A DNA stretch of 64,000 nt, from NCBI RefSeq assembly GCF_025526975.1, contig NW_026515676.1, positions 682,001 to 746,000 on the forward strand, written 5' to 3'. The notes under the pieces were generated by a model that was given only the letters and a program-made list of their open reading frames with translations, searched no databases and was not told the DNA's origin. The stretch is from Fimicolochytrium jonesii (Eukaryota). A program made the translations under genes and the position numbers. Numbering within the stretch: the first letter of the stretch is position 1; every line of letters begins with the position of its first letter. Below, piece by piece: positions 20,583-32,991 of this stretch.

Positions 20583-23336
20583 ATGAGCGGAAAACAGCAG
20601 TCGTACAGACCATATCCGTCCGACTCTCTCGCATTTCAGGCGGTGCACGACCGCCGCGGCGTGCGGCCAACGACCGGCAACCATCTGCGTACTATTATAA
20701 GGTCATGTCTACTGCGGCTGGACGGGGAGGTCCAGATGCGTCATATCAACAGTAACAGCAACAGGACGAACTATGCACACCACCGTCTGGCGATTGCAGC
20801 GACACAAACCTTACTGCAACAATTGCCGCTGCGCGGTCCTGCTGTGGCAGGGGAGATTATGTGGAGGGTGGGTGTCGAGCTGTTGCGTGGGTTTGTGCCA
20901 TACCGTGCTCGGATGGAAGAGGACGACGATGCGGGGCATAACGGGGTTGTATTGAGAACAAGGGGATGGCAATGTGAGAAGGGCGATGGAGTTAAACCCT
21001 CAGAGGCAACGGCTGGAGATAAAGTTAGTACGGAAGAGAACGATGAAACCGATCAAGAAAACAATCAAAACGAGGAAGAGGACGAGGAAGCCCGGGTGGA
21101 ATCCTTAGCAGGCGCACGACGGCTCCTCCGTTTTGTAGCGCAGATGAGCGGGATGGAAGGCAACGTTAGCCCAGAACATCTTCTCGAACTGACATTTTAC
21201 TACATGCGGTTCGGCATGTTTGAGGAAGGTTACAACCGCCTCGAAGGTTACCTGTCGACCTACCCTTATAATGAGCATGCTGCACTGGTCGGTTACGCTG
21301 GCGTTCTAAGCTTTGTGTTGTGGCGGAGAGAGGCTGCTCGGCTGAGCAAGGATGCACAGCGCGATGGTAGTGGAGTTGATGGTGGCGACGATGACCAAGC
21401 CCTCCCATGGAGCCAGAGCTACCAATCTCAGGGCAGTGTATGGTCATCGCAAGCGTCGTTTACGGCAACATCGTCAGCACTCAACCTGGACATGGCATCG
21501 GAAGGGAATCTAGCATCACGGCACTACTCAAATGCACTCCGACATCTCGCGGTATCCTTCACGCTCGACGACCGCAACGAGCTGTTCCTCTTTTACCACC
21601 TCAAGTTGCTGCTGGCTGCAGGTGATGATGATATCGCGAAAGACAAGCTATTACAGTTTATCGAAGCTACTCCGCAAAACCTTTGTGGGTACAGGTATCT
21701 GCTGCATCTCATGCGCACCCGCATGGCCGCAACTACGAAGGTGGAGGAGTGGTTGCCCGTTGCGCAAAAGGTGCTCATGCTGGATCCTGTATGTGAAGAA
21801 GGTTTTGCGTTGCTTCCCCTGTTGGAGGAGTTGGAAGGTAGATGGCGCGCTGTAGGGTCTAGTTCTGCGCCCCCTTTTGCGCCTGCTCCTGCGGTAGTTG
21901 GTAGTAGAATTGAGAAGGCCTCGACAGACGAATCCCCACTGCCAGCGCCCTCGCTCAGTACTCAGACACAGATCTCCCTCGACATCATCGCTTTTATCGG
22001 CGAGCGCCTGGACCACACCACCGCTGTGTCGGCTCACGTTTGGACCCGCTTCGCAACCCACCTGCATCATCTTCATTCTCATAACGTTACACTCGAAATG
22101 TCTTCGGAAAGCGAACATTGGGCCAGACGCAAGCACTGGTGGCCCGCATTTCATTTCTCTGAACGTGCGCCTCCATCACCTTCACAACAAGCACCACCAG
22201 AAGTGTCACAACAATCGCTATCAAAATCATCCTCAACATCACTGGCATTGTCCTCATCTACGTTTACTTCGTCGACGTCCTCTGCATCTGAATCATCTCC
22301 CTCGCCACCATCATCGCCGTCCCAGAAACCTTCCCAAGCTCCCCCAGCACCGTCATCAGCACCAAACACCCTCTCACCGGCTCTAGAAGAGCTCATAATA
22401 GCCAAAGCAACCTGCGCAGCCATTCTCTTTCCAGCGCAGTATCGTTGCACCGCGTGGATGCGCCGTTTTGGGCTGCGGCAACGCGAGCAATTGAGTGACG
22501 ACATACGAGCGTGGGTTGAGAGCGTGGGGCTCAAGGTTGAGGCCTTGTTTGACGAGGAGGAGGAGGGATACCATCAAAGGGGCGGAGTGGAGGTGGAGGC
22601 AAATGTGGACAACGGTTCCGATCAAACCGATCAACGTGGGAGCAGGGATACCTTTACGGCAGCAGATTTGGACGATGTACTCAGGATGCTTGAGGAGGCA
22701 CCTGAGGATGTGGATGCGGGCGGTTTGACAGCGACTGTAAATGCGGACGCGGAACCGATATTGGCTGTAGCCCAAAATACTGCTGAGTCCCAGCCCGACA
22801 AGGGTACCCAGGGTGAAGTGGTTGAGAGCATAGGTCGTTTGCAAACTCCGCTCGAGGCTCCGCTGCAGCCGGATCAGACACAGCAACCGGAGCAGGACCA
22901 CGCAAGTGAAGACACAACACACGTAGAGGAGGACATGCTCTATACGACCAGAGCCTCACCTGTCGGACGGCCCGGCAAACGCAAGCGCTCGATTGGCGAC
23001 ACCGATTCGCGCAATGATCACCCCGACACCGGCGCAGCGCAGACAGCCAACCTATCCGCCACCGACGGCCCATCCTCAGCCTTGTCGCATGCACCGCAAG
23101 TGAAAACACCGACGCGGACCCCGCCCAAGAAGCGAGCGAGGATCGATGATGTGAACATGCCCGCACATTCCGTCGCGATGACTGTGACCACTGCCAAAGT
23201 CATATCTGTACCCACACCCACTGTGCTAGCGACTCGTCAACCACACACCCCTACCCTTCGGCAGCTACCCAGCTCCCATGTCGCCGCCGTCACGACAGAC
23301 ACTGGATCCACACCATCACCTTACCAACGGCAGTGA
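20583..23336 (+). CDS. RNA polymerase I initiation factor TAF1A/Rrn11-like protein
   Basis: HLRTIIRSCLLR...MWRVGVELL...LLELTFYYMRFGMFEEGYNRLEGYLSTYPY followed by TPR-like helices and an S/P/T-rich tail. The 3' end may be frameshifted into the 23333-23542 frame. Confidence 0.65.
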   Translation: MSGKQQSYRPYPSDSLAFQAVHDRRGVRPTTGNHLRTIIRSCLLRLDGEVQMRHINSNSNRTNYAHHRLAIAATQTLLQQLPLRGPAVAGEIMWRVGVELLRGFVPYRARMEEDDDAGHNGVVLRTRGWQCEKGDGVKPSEATAGDKVSTEENDETDQENNQNEEEDEEARVESLAGARRLLRFVAQMSGMEGNVSPEHLLELTFYYMRFGMFEEGYNRLEGYLSTYPYNEHAALVGYAGVLSFVLWRREAARLSKDAQRDGSGVDGGDDDQALPWSQSYQSQGSVWSSQASFTATSSALNLDMASEGNLASRHYSNALRHLAVSFTLDDRNELFLFYHLKLLLAAGDDDIAKDKLLQFIEATPQNLCGYRYLLHLMRTRMAATTKVEEWLPVAQKVLMLDPVCEEGFALLPLLEELEGRWRAVGSSSAPPFAPAPAVVGSRIEKASTDESPLPAPSLSTQTQISLDIIAFIGERLDHTTAVSAHVWTRFATHLHHLHSHNVTLEMSSESEHWARRKHWWPAFHFSERAPPSPSQQAPPEVSQQSLSKSSSTSLALSSSTFTSSTSSASESSPSPPSSPSQKPSQAPPAPSSAPNTLSPALEELIIAKATCAAILFPAQYRCTAWMRRFGLRQREQLSDDIRAWVESVGLKVEALFDEEEEGYHQRGGVEVEANVDNGSDQTDQRGSRDTFTAADLDDVLRMLEEAPEDVDAGGLTATVNADAEPILAVAQNTAESQPDKGTQGEVVESIGRLQTPLEAPLQPDQTQQPEQDHASEDTTHVEEDMLYTTRASPVGRPGKRKRSIGDTDSRNDHPDTGAAQTANLSATDGPSSALSHAPQVKTPTRTPPKKRARIDDVNMPAHSVAMTVTTAKVISVPTPTVLATRQPHTPTLRQLPSSHVAAVTTDTGSTPSPYQRQ

Positions 23337-23911
23337 CAAGCAGCGTTACGCCAACCAAGACCCGCGTAGCCGCAATGCAATTGAGGAGTACGGCACAGGC
23401 AGGACCTTCCACACCGGCTGCACAGCCTCTCCCACAGCAACGAGAATCAGCAACGAAATCGACTTTGACACCAAGTATATCGACAACGCCGCGAACGCCT
23501 TGGTTTACGCCAAAGGCACCAACCCGCAGGAAAGGGTTTTGAACGTCATGGAGTGGATGATGCGGCTCTCCGATCGCATCGGGCGTAGGGATATCCAGCA
23601 CCTCCCCTGACGCGCATGCGTAGGCGCTGCTACGAATGATACGCTACATACATGGTCAAGGCTTGCGACATCCGAACGCAGGGGTAGGGAGGCATCGGCG
23701 TAGCTCATCCTATCTATTGACATGTGTTGCATTTGTCCTTAATTCATGATGCCCTGCCATTGAGCCTTTTTCTGGCCGCAAATACATTAGAGAAGTGTAG
23801 AAGAGTCTTGCACGCGAGGCCGCTGGCAGCAAATGATCAATGGCATCATATTTCCTATCAGTCTATGGTAGGCGCTCTGTCCTAACGCTATTCCCTGCTA
23901 CATAACGGCAA

Positions 23912-26900
23912 TCAGTCCAGGCCTTCAAAACAATGTAAAGTCCTACTCGTAATCTCGTCTATCGACCCTTCGCTCACGACCTAAAGGAGAACATAAATAA
24001 ACTCAGTGATCCATAAGCCATGGGTTTATAAAAGCGTGCCGGCGGATGCATGAACGTACCTCTTTGACTCGCTCATCCCTAGCAAAGTGCTGGATGACAG
24101 GCAGACTCATCTCGTCGAAAGTTTTCAGCCGCTTGGCGATGCTCTCGGCGTTGTCGTCGGCTCGCCCGGAGGTCTTGCCGCGCTCGAGAAGGCGTTCGGT
24201 TAGGACTTCGTGGTTGGCGGAAAAGTACAGAACGAAGGTGCAGCGGCCTATCGTGTCCTCGAACTGAAATACGGATATGAGGCGAGCTTAGTACGATGCG
24301 CCGGAGGAGATATGCGCAACATATCTGTTGCAAACCAAGCGCTCACCACTTTGGCCTGCTCCATCGTTCGCGGGAACCCGTCTATCAAGAAGCCTTTTGC
24401 GTCGCTTTTTTCTTTCATCGCTTGCAGAAGCAGTTGCAGTGTTACGTCCTTCGCAGAGCTCATCAGGTTACCAAATGTCGTTCATAAATGTGCAAAACAA
24501 AACCTCGGACCAACTTACCATCGACACCATCTTCCCCTCCTTCATGTCAGCCTCCAGTTTCTTGCCCAGCTCGGATCCCCGAGCAACCTCTTCTCGCAAT
24601 AGATCGCCCGTAGACAAATGCGCCCAGTGCAGCTCGTCCACAAGTTTAGCACATTGCGTTCCTGCAGAAGAGAGAGTTACTTAGATGAAAATAATCTAGT
24701 CGTTCGCTGTCATCAAGAAATTTACATCGTCATCAGATGCGAAATTCTCACCTTTTCCTGAACCAGGACCGCCCAGGACAAAGACAAGATTCCTCCCGTC
24801 GAAGGGTCGTGCGTGCTCGGAAGGGGCTGAAGATGCGTCCTGGAAGTACTGCTGAGCGTTCTTGTAGACTTCCTCGACAGGTGGTACCGATGAAATCTGG
24901 AACAGTTCATAGCGTTTGAGCACACTGTTGACAAATGAATAAAGTGCAATTGAACGCACCTCAACGAGTTTTCCAGCTTTCCGATAATGCTCAACAACCG
25001 GCAGACTTTCGTTCTCGTACGTCACAAACCGCTGCTTGATCGTATCCAGCGTATCGTCTGCCCTCCCACTCGTCTTCCCACGTTCCAGCAAGCGCTGCTC
25101 AAGCACATCCAAAGGGCACTTGAAATAAAGCACCTGTCTTGGAATACCCACAACCCGCTCAAACGCTAACGTCTGATCCAGCGAGCGCGGGAAACCGTCA
25201 ATTAAGAAACCTTTGGCGCCGAAATTGTTCTTGATCTCTTTCACCAGCAGGCCCATTATCAGATCCATTGGCACCATCTTGCCCTGCACCATAATATCCT
25301 GCGCGATGCGGCCCACCTCCGTGCCCTGCTCGACTTCAGCGCGGAGGAGGTCGCCCGTAGAGATGTGTTTCAGGTTGAAGTCCTTGGCAAGCCGCACGCA
25401 TTGGGTGCCTTTGCCCGAGCCAGGCCCGCCAAGAATGAAGTTGACGTTAGGGTGGTCCAGACGTTTCTCCTGGACGAAGACCTTGCGGGCGGTCTGGTAG
25501 ACGTCCTCGATGGGTGCCTCGGAGGAGATTTCGATCACTGTGCCCTTTTGCTTATACCACTCGACCACCTCCACGCTCTCGTTCATGAAGGTCCGGAACC
25601 GCTTTCGGATCGTTTCGAGGTTATCGTCGACGCGTCCGCTCGTCTTTCCGCGCTCGATCAAACGCTGCTCCAGCGTCTGCAGCGAGCATGTGAAGTAAAG
25701 GACCGTCTTACACGGCCCTATGCTCTTTTCGAATTCGACTACTTGGCTCATTGCACGAGGGAACCCGTCGATAAGGAACCCCGGTGTATTCATGTTCTGC
25801 TCCATAGCACTGCGAAGAAGACCCATGATGATTCGCATGGGAACCATCTTGCCCTCTTTCATGATGCCTTCGACTTCGTGGCCGATAGCAGATCCTGTAT
25901 CGATCTCGGCCCGGAGTAGGTCGCCGGTGGACAGATGGGCAAGATTGAACTCTTTGGCCAACCGCACACACTGCGTGCCCTTGCCCGACCCAGGTCCTCC
26001 CAGCACAAACACAATGTTCGGGTGGTTGAGCGGAGCTGGCGCATCAAAACTCTTCCTGACCACCTTGTACACCTCTTCTGGCGCGGGCTCAGATGAAATC
26101 TGTACGCATTTGCCTTTCTCTGCGAAAGCTCGGATGACGGGCAAGCTGGTATCCAAAAAGGTCTTGAATCGTTTTTTGATCGTCTCCATGTTATCATCTG
26201 CTCGTCCTGAAGTCTCCCCACGCTTCAGGAGCCGTTTCTCCATCACGGCCTCCGAGCATTCAAAGTATAGCACGAACTTGCACGGCCTAATCTGCTCCTC
26301 GAACGCAACCGCCTGGTCAAGCTGTCTCGGAAACCCGTCGATGAGGAAACCGCTGAAAGTCGGTGGTGCACGCTCCATGGCCTCTTTCAAAAGCCGGATC
26401 GTCACGTGCATAGGGACGATCTTGCCTTCCTTCATCATTTGGTTGAGCTCCTGGCCCAGCTCCGACCCGGTGGCCACCTCATCTCGCAGAAGGTCGCCTG
26501 CCGATAAATGGCAGTAGTTGTAATCTTTAGCGATTCGAACACACTGCGTGCCTTTTCCGCATCCTGGGCCACCGAGGACAAAGACGATGTTGTCCCATGC
26601 AGGGCTCAGTTGAGCTTTCGTGGTCGCTGTCACGGGTTGCTCATGCGCGATGGGTGGCAGCGGTTTTGACAGAAGGGAGCCTCCACCGCCGGTCTGATTT
26701 CCATGATTTGCAGCGTCCGCGAGCCCATTCTGTGCATCTCCTTTTCTCAGACCAGCACTGCGCTTGCTCAACGGTTTCTCCCCACCGACGACAGGCAGGT
26801 CGATTCCTTGTTGACGCATAGGAGGCAGAGCAGCGGGGCGTTTTCTCAATGGCGGAACGGCGTTCTTGGGCTTTTTGACCGATGTGGGGCGAGGCAAAGA

Positions 26901-27225
26901 AGCTGCGATTGCGGTGGAAGATTGGAGTGGCGGAGGTATGAAAACGTCCCACTTCAACTGCGATTTGCCGTCGGGTAGGTCGCCCACGCGAAGGCGATGG
27001 ACGCACTCCTCGATGTATGCCAGCGGATCCTCTGGCCGGCTGAAGGTTAATCCCGTTACAAGACACTATTGGATGAGGGAAAAGTTGAGTTCCGCAGCGC
27101 AAGTCTTACGATCGAAAGTAGATGAGCAGAGCCCCAACCTCTAGAATTTGCCCAATCCGCTTTCTTTCGAAATACGTTCTTGCTTCTGTCTGCAAGTCCA
27201 CCCCTGGTTGCGCGGTAACAATCAT
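23912..27225 (-). CDS. AK5-like adenylate kinase: N-terminal dimerisation/docking (RIIa/Dpy-30-like) domain plus four tandem AK domains
   Basis: EARTYFERKRIGQILE|CLVTGLTFSRPEDPLAYIEEC...KWDVF, then four copies of GGPG(C/S)GKGTQC / HLS(A/T)GDLLR / FLIDGFPR / RGxTSGRxDD; ends ...HCFEGLD* at 23912. Confidence 0.93.
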
Positions 27226-28650
27226 GGTGACGCCGGCTACTCAGCGGCTTCAGCTCCGTGATAACTACGTCGTGGCTGATCGACTATTGGTTCTAGCAAC
27301 TTGAATTTGAAACGAGCGCTTGATTGACGGCACTAATGTAAATTGGAGTTGGAACGTGGCTTTTGTCTGAGTGTACGGTTACCTACTATAAAAGCAGCAT
27401 GACTCAAGCCTGTGCGTGGGCGTCCTGTCAATGGTAGGAGAATTTCATATGCGTCGTGCTTACCTAAGAAACTCGACAGCGCGCCGGTTTTCACCAAGTT
27501 GGCAGCAATAAAGCTTGGAGTAATGGGAATGAGTGGTTGTTCGCAAGTCGCCGGCGACAGCTTGGGAAACAGCTGGGGTCTCATTCTATAAATCAAGTGA
27601 CTTTTTGAATGTATGGTTTACATGCTAGCCGATTCGTCGCTCTACATGCGTTGACGTCCAGCGGTTTACCTCAATATGGATGTGGAGACTATGTTGGCCT
27701 TATGAAAGCTTTGTTCCCCTCGCATCACCCATATCTGAAGCCTAGACGGGAGTGTCGGTAGAAACAAACTCGGACCCCTGGCAATCATCAGTACCGGTGT
27801 CATCCAGGATGGTAGGGAGCGTCCTCTATGTGGATGCTAGAGTGTCAAAATGATTCCAGTCGCTCACGTATGCGGTCGTTGATGCAGCATGCAAGGATGT
27901 GAAGCCTTCGAGCGCCTCTGAGTTGAGGAGCGTGTTGGGCTTCTGGTGTCAAGTTCTGAGAGCGGAAGTGAGCGACCCCAGCATGCGCGTTTTTGCGCCG
28001 ATGGGGGGTCGATGACATCTCGTGACCGAGCCGCGAAGAGCCAGCTGTCGTCCTGCAGATGCAGCCGCACCAAGCGCTTTTGTGCCGCTGGCACCTCCTT
28101 CCTCCCGCACTTGACCTACCGCTCATACCCTCCAGAACACACATAGAACGCTTTATGAGCGCACAGCCTATATCTATTCCTGTCCTGCACATATTTATAC
28201 ACGTCCGGGAAGCGGTTCCGGATACCGTCCTTGACGCCCGAAGCGTCTGAGAAAACGAGGAATCACCTGCGGAGCTCGCTTGCCTAGGACATCTCGCTCG
28301 TCTGAATTCCTGCAATCTCTTGCGACTCTCTGTGTCGCGAAACTTTCGACGATAGTAGGAACTAGAGAACACTCGCCCGCCCGTCAGTTATCGCATAGCT
28401 TCGAAGCCGCAGCGACCCAACCAGGTCCGTCGCCATCTTGCCTCGAAACTCGCCGAGTCGTTCTGGAAGTTTGTGACACTCTCGCTGTAAATCACGCACC
28501 GTCGGGGAAACGGACTGCGGTTCAGCTGCACGAAAAGCGCTGGCGCCAACGGGAGATATTGCACAGCACTCGTGAACAAACGAGGAGACATAATAGTAGG
28601 CCATCCGAACGAAACTCCACCCCGGGATCGTAACTTGAGCGACATTAAGC

Positions 28651-30465
28651 ATGGGGGCTTTGCTCTCACTTCTTCGGGGTGGTGGCCCGACGGATGAGCC
28701 GCCGATCGATATACCAGTGGACCTCGCAGGTAAGGGAGCATGAGCGATTTTGCTGTGGGCACGCAATTCGACTCGGACGGAACGCGTCGAACGCTCGCAA
28801 AGGTCGGGAGGTTATGGGCGGAAGCGCGGTCAAACTGGACATGTTTCGCTTAAGATGTTGAGCATATCATCCATAACGCTGGAAGGTTGGGCGAGGGGAG
28901 GGGAGAAAGCTAGGACCAAATGCGAATGAGCAAAAAACGTCTATTTGCAAACTATGACCCTAATCTCATCACTTTCACAGGGGCCCAGCCAACGGCGGAA
29001 GAAGCAGACATATACCACTACATAATACAAATTATGCAGCCATCGTCAACATACCTCGACGCTTTGAGGGAATATCCCGGGTGTCAAGAGGAGATTCGAA
29101 AGGTAAAATGTCTGACGCGTTTTGCACAAGGGATATATTCCGCAAATGAACGTTGACTTACTTCTCCCTTCGAACAGGCCATCGCAAGTCCAAGCAAAGA
29201 GAGCGAGGAAGCTGCGTGGGCTGCTTTATGTCCTGCCGTGCTACAGCTGCGGGAGTACTACGAGTTTGCCCAAAGGCTCGGTAAGAAACAACACTTTGCC
29301 GGACAAATTCCGTCCCGCATCGGATCCTGATTAATTGTGATACGCAGAGGAGGCATTCCCGCGACTGGTAGCGTTCTTATGTGATGGAGACGTTATGCGC
29401 AATTTGGAAGTGCGGCAAGCGACAGCGAAACAGTTGGGGGATATTCTGCACTTTGTGTCTCTCTTTGACGAGCTGAAGGTGGGTTACATAGCATGCACTT
29501 CCTTTCTGCCCCTTTCTTCCACCATCTTCTAATTTCGCTGACCTTCATTCGTCCTTTCCGTTTTCAAGATGGGCAATCCAAATGTACAGAACGATTTCTC
29601 ATATTACCGCCGCACAGCAAGTCGGATGCGAATGGCCAACCCAGTGAGTGTGACTCCGAATTACCTTCCTTCTACTGTGGTGATGGCTAATTCAATTTGT
29701 TATTTGTTTTCCGTAGTCCCAGCAAAACACCGTGGTTCCCGACGAATTAGCAAACCGCATGTCCCTTTTCTACGCCCACGCGAATCCCATGTCCAAGGCG
29801 ATGGTCGACGCCACCCTGAAGCTTCTTAAGGAGGTACGATCCATAACTACCCTTAATCAACCGCAAACATGCGAAAATAATGCTCAAATTCGGACCCGTT
29901 TTGTATCCACAGAATCCAAGGATCAGCGCGGACTCGACAACAACGCTGCTCTCCATCATCTGCGGGGTATCCTACAACGCCGTCGTCAAGGAGCGCGCGC
30001 GGGACGCCATGATCCCATACTGCCTGCGGGTGCTCGTAGTGGCGATCATATTGTACGATCATGTGGATCCTGAAGGGGCTTTCGGCAAAAATTCGAAAGT
30101 CAACGTAAGTTCGGTGATCTCGAGACAGAAGACTTGCAAGGTTGGAGGGATTCCCGAATGTAGGGGCTCGGTCAGGGGCGGTCTTAGGCATTTATGAGGC
30201 AATAGGAGCCCGAACTGGGCAGAGGGTTGAGGCTCTATGGACTTCCTGTGTCCTTGCGCTATCGACGTAAATTTGGGCTGCGTCTTCTCCAAATGCTAAC
30301 ATCCCGTACATCTCGTCACACCCTTAGATCCGCGCCTCCGTCAAAGTCATCCAATCTCACGGCGGCTCCGGCAGCAACAACCTCCTCAACTCCCTCCGTT
30401 ACTCCACCCTCCATCTCAACGACGAAGCCACCCCAAAGTCAATCAAGCTGATGCTGGCAACATAA
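28651..30465 (+). CDS. CYRI: CYRI / FAM49 (DUF1394) Rac1-binding SCAR/WAVE regulator, multi-exon
   Basis: Myristoylation-type start MGALLSLL; AQPTAEE; EIRK|AI; DELK|MGNPNVQNDFSYYRR; ANRMSLFYAHANPM; LRVLVVAIILYDHVDPEGAF; LLNSLRYSTLHLNDEATPK. Confidence 0.93.
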
Positions 30466-31048
30466 GGTCGCGACAAGAAGCCCCCTTCCCTTTCCTTCCC
30501 ACAAATGGATCCCCTTGCACATTTCTTGCAAAAGTCGTACAACTACTACCACCACCCTGCGCTGCCTTTGACCCTTTACCCGCATGTGTTTTGTTATCAA
30601 ATTCCTTCGGACCTTCCCTTTTCTTCTTTTTTGGTTGTGGAGAATAGAATGAGAGGTTTTTTGCGTCTTGTGTGTCTTATTTATCATTCCGCTCTTCTCC
30701 TGAGCCTCAGCTTCGAAGACTCCGTATCGCTATGAATGGTTGCTTCACCACGCCATCAAATTTCATTTGGGACACGACTGAAGACGGGAAGCTCCAAGAT
30801 TGAGGTATCATGCCCAAGAATCAAATTTTATTATACAAGAAAAGCAAAAACAGGATTCCGAGTTGACGATCAACCCAAAAACAGCAGAGATGACAGCCAG
30901 CGCGGTTTTGAAAGAATACGACAGTCCTCAAAGATATGCTAGAGACTGGGTACTGAAGCTTCAATCCCGCTCTATTCGCCTATCACGCGTGGAGGTATAT
31001 AGATGCCCAACATCTCCCAAATGCGCCGCGAAGTGAGGTTGATGAAGC

Positions 31049-32028
31049 TTACAGCTCCTGGGGAACAACGTAGGTAGTGCGCTGCACGACGGACTCTGCC
31101 GGCGCGGCGACAGCATCGATGTTTTGCGCGACCGGTGCGGTTCCGAGCGCAATCTCAGGCTGCGATGCGCGGTGGTGCAGCAAGCTGTCCATCTTATCAG
31201 CGACGATGTTGGTGGCGTTCTTGACGGTGCTGGTGATGCCCGTCGCGACCTTGTTGGCCTGGTTAGCGGCGGTCTCAGTCACGGAAGGAGCGGGGGCGCC
31301 GTCGTCGATCAGGTTGGCCGAGCTGGCGGGAAACGAGCGAAGGGCGTTGAGTTTTTGCTTCAGGTCGTTCCTCTGCGCGCGGAACTTGTCCATCTTGATG
31401 AGGACCATGTGGAGGTTCAGCAGGACCGCTGAGCAGAATAGGGTAAATGCGAGGACGTAAAAGTCGCGCTGGCCGCGGAATTTGGCCGAGAACAGGTCGT
31501 TGAGGTTGGAGACGTTGCCGGAAGCGTCGATCGGTGGGGCCATCGTCGCGGCTGAAGGGTAACCGGGGGTGGCGCCGGGGATGGCCGCGCCGCCAGTCAT
31601 GACCTGGGCGTGGGCGGCTTGGATGCCCTCGATTTGCAGGCTAATGCGGTTGAGACGCAGGTAGGTGTCTGCCAAGAGGATTCCAACAAAGGCGTGAATG
31701 CAAACGATGATCACTCGGAATGTCCAGAGGCTAGAAGTGATCAAGACGGTCCAAGTCAGCTTTCCAGTTTTGTCAGCCACCTAGAACTAAAACATTCTTT
31801 TTCTCACCTTGGTGAGTAATGAAGCCACTCCATCAGTTGTCTCCTGTATGGAATGTAGATTGGCACGCTGAGAAGGAGGATAAGGGCGGCTTCCGAGTAC
31901 ATCATATACGATGCCAATGCCATGAGTGGTGTGCCTCCGCCATGTGCGGGAGTGGAGGCGTGGACGGTGTTCGCTGCCTGGTGAAGGTTGGAGGCTGCTC
32001 CTCCCATTGCTGCGTTTACGATATCCAT
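31049..32028 (-). CDS. BAP29/BAP31 (Yet-like) ER membrane protein, one intron
   Basis: Three hydrophobic segments, the signature KFRGQRDFYVLAFTLF and a following coiled coil. Confidence 0.8.
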
Positions 32029-32991
32029 GGTGGTAGTTGTTATGGGGTGCTGGCTATATCGTTTTTCGATTAATGATTGCTGTGGGAGAAGGATTTCCAA
32101 GACAGTGCAGTTGCGTCAATAAGTCAGAGTGGGGTTCTGAAGACGAGGCAAGCAGGGAACGGGAAGGCAAGCAGGTGCTTTTATATTTGCAGGAATCTGC
32201 CCCTTGCTCCCCGCGCCCCCGATATGCGATTGCTGTGGCTTTGACGCAAGGGTCATCCGTGCCCCCGCCTCTGTCCAACAAACACAGGAAACAGGGCCCT
32301 CCCTAAGGCAATAGTGTCCAATGTCCCATATAACCTGAACAAGTTGCGCGGGCTTGGGCACCACAAATGACATCATTTGCGTCGTGACTACTGACAGCAT
32401 CCCGCTAATTGGCGTTGACAGTTTGCCCTGTTCCCCAGACCATGCAACCCATAAACCATGGTAATGCTCCAGCCTTGTGCATTACAACTGTCCCGTCCGA
32501 TTCCCAGTACCGTGAGCGCAACGCAACGTAGGTTAGAAAGACTCGGGCCTGCCGCGGTTGCAAACATGCACAGTACGTTTTATCGCCGGTGGTGGATTGA
32601 GATTCATCAGCGGGCTCCCCAGGGTACATCTCATTCATTCCATCTTCAACTCACCTGAGGAAACCTCGCGATGAGACATCGATCCTCCGAACGTAAATTC
32701 AAAGGCCGCAAGTGACCTGGGGTCGTGTTGTTGTTACCTTGTTCTGTCGAGAGAGAGACGACGAAGCCACAAAATGAAGGGTGACATCACCCGGAGCCGT
32801 CAGAGTGGCTTGCTCGATCTTCGTCACTTCCGTGTCATCTTGCATTTATCGCAAGGGTCACGCACTATCACGTGAAACATTTAACGGTTGCTTACGTCAA
32901 GAAACACCACCGAGTTTCCTGTCAGTGTGGTCGCTCAGCGATCTTCCCCCTTCCCCCTCTTGCCGTCCGCTGCAGCCGAAACCCGTCAATC

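Noticed and set aside
23278..23610. Separate small gene downstream of the TAF1A-like ORF
   Set aside because: Overlapping short frames; better explained as a frameshifted or alternative 3' tail.
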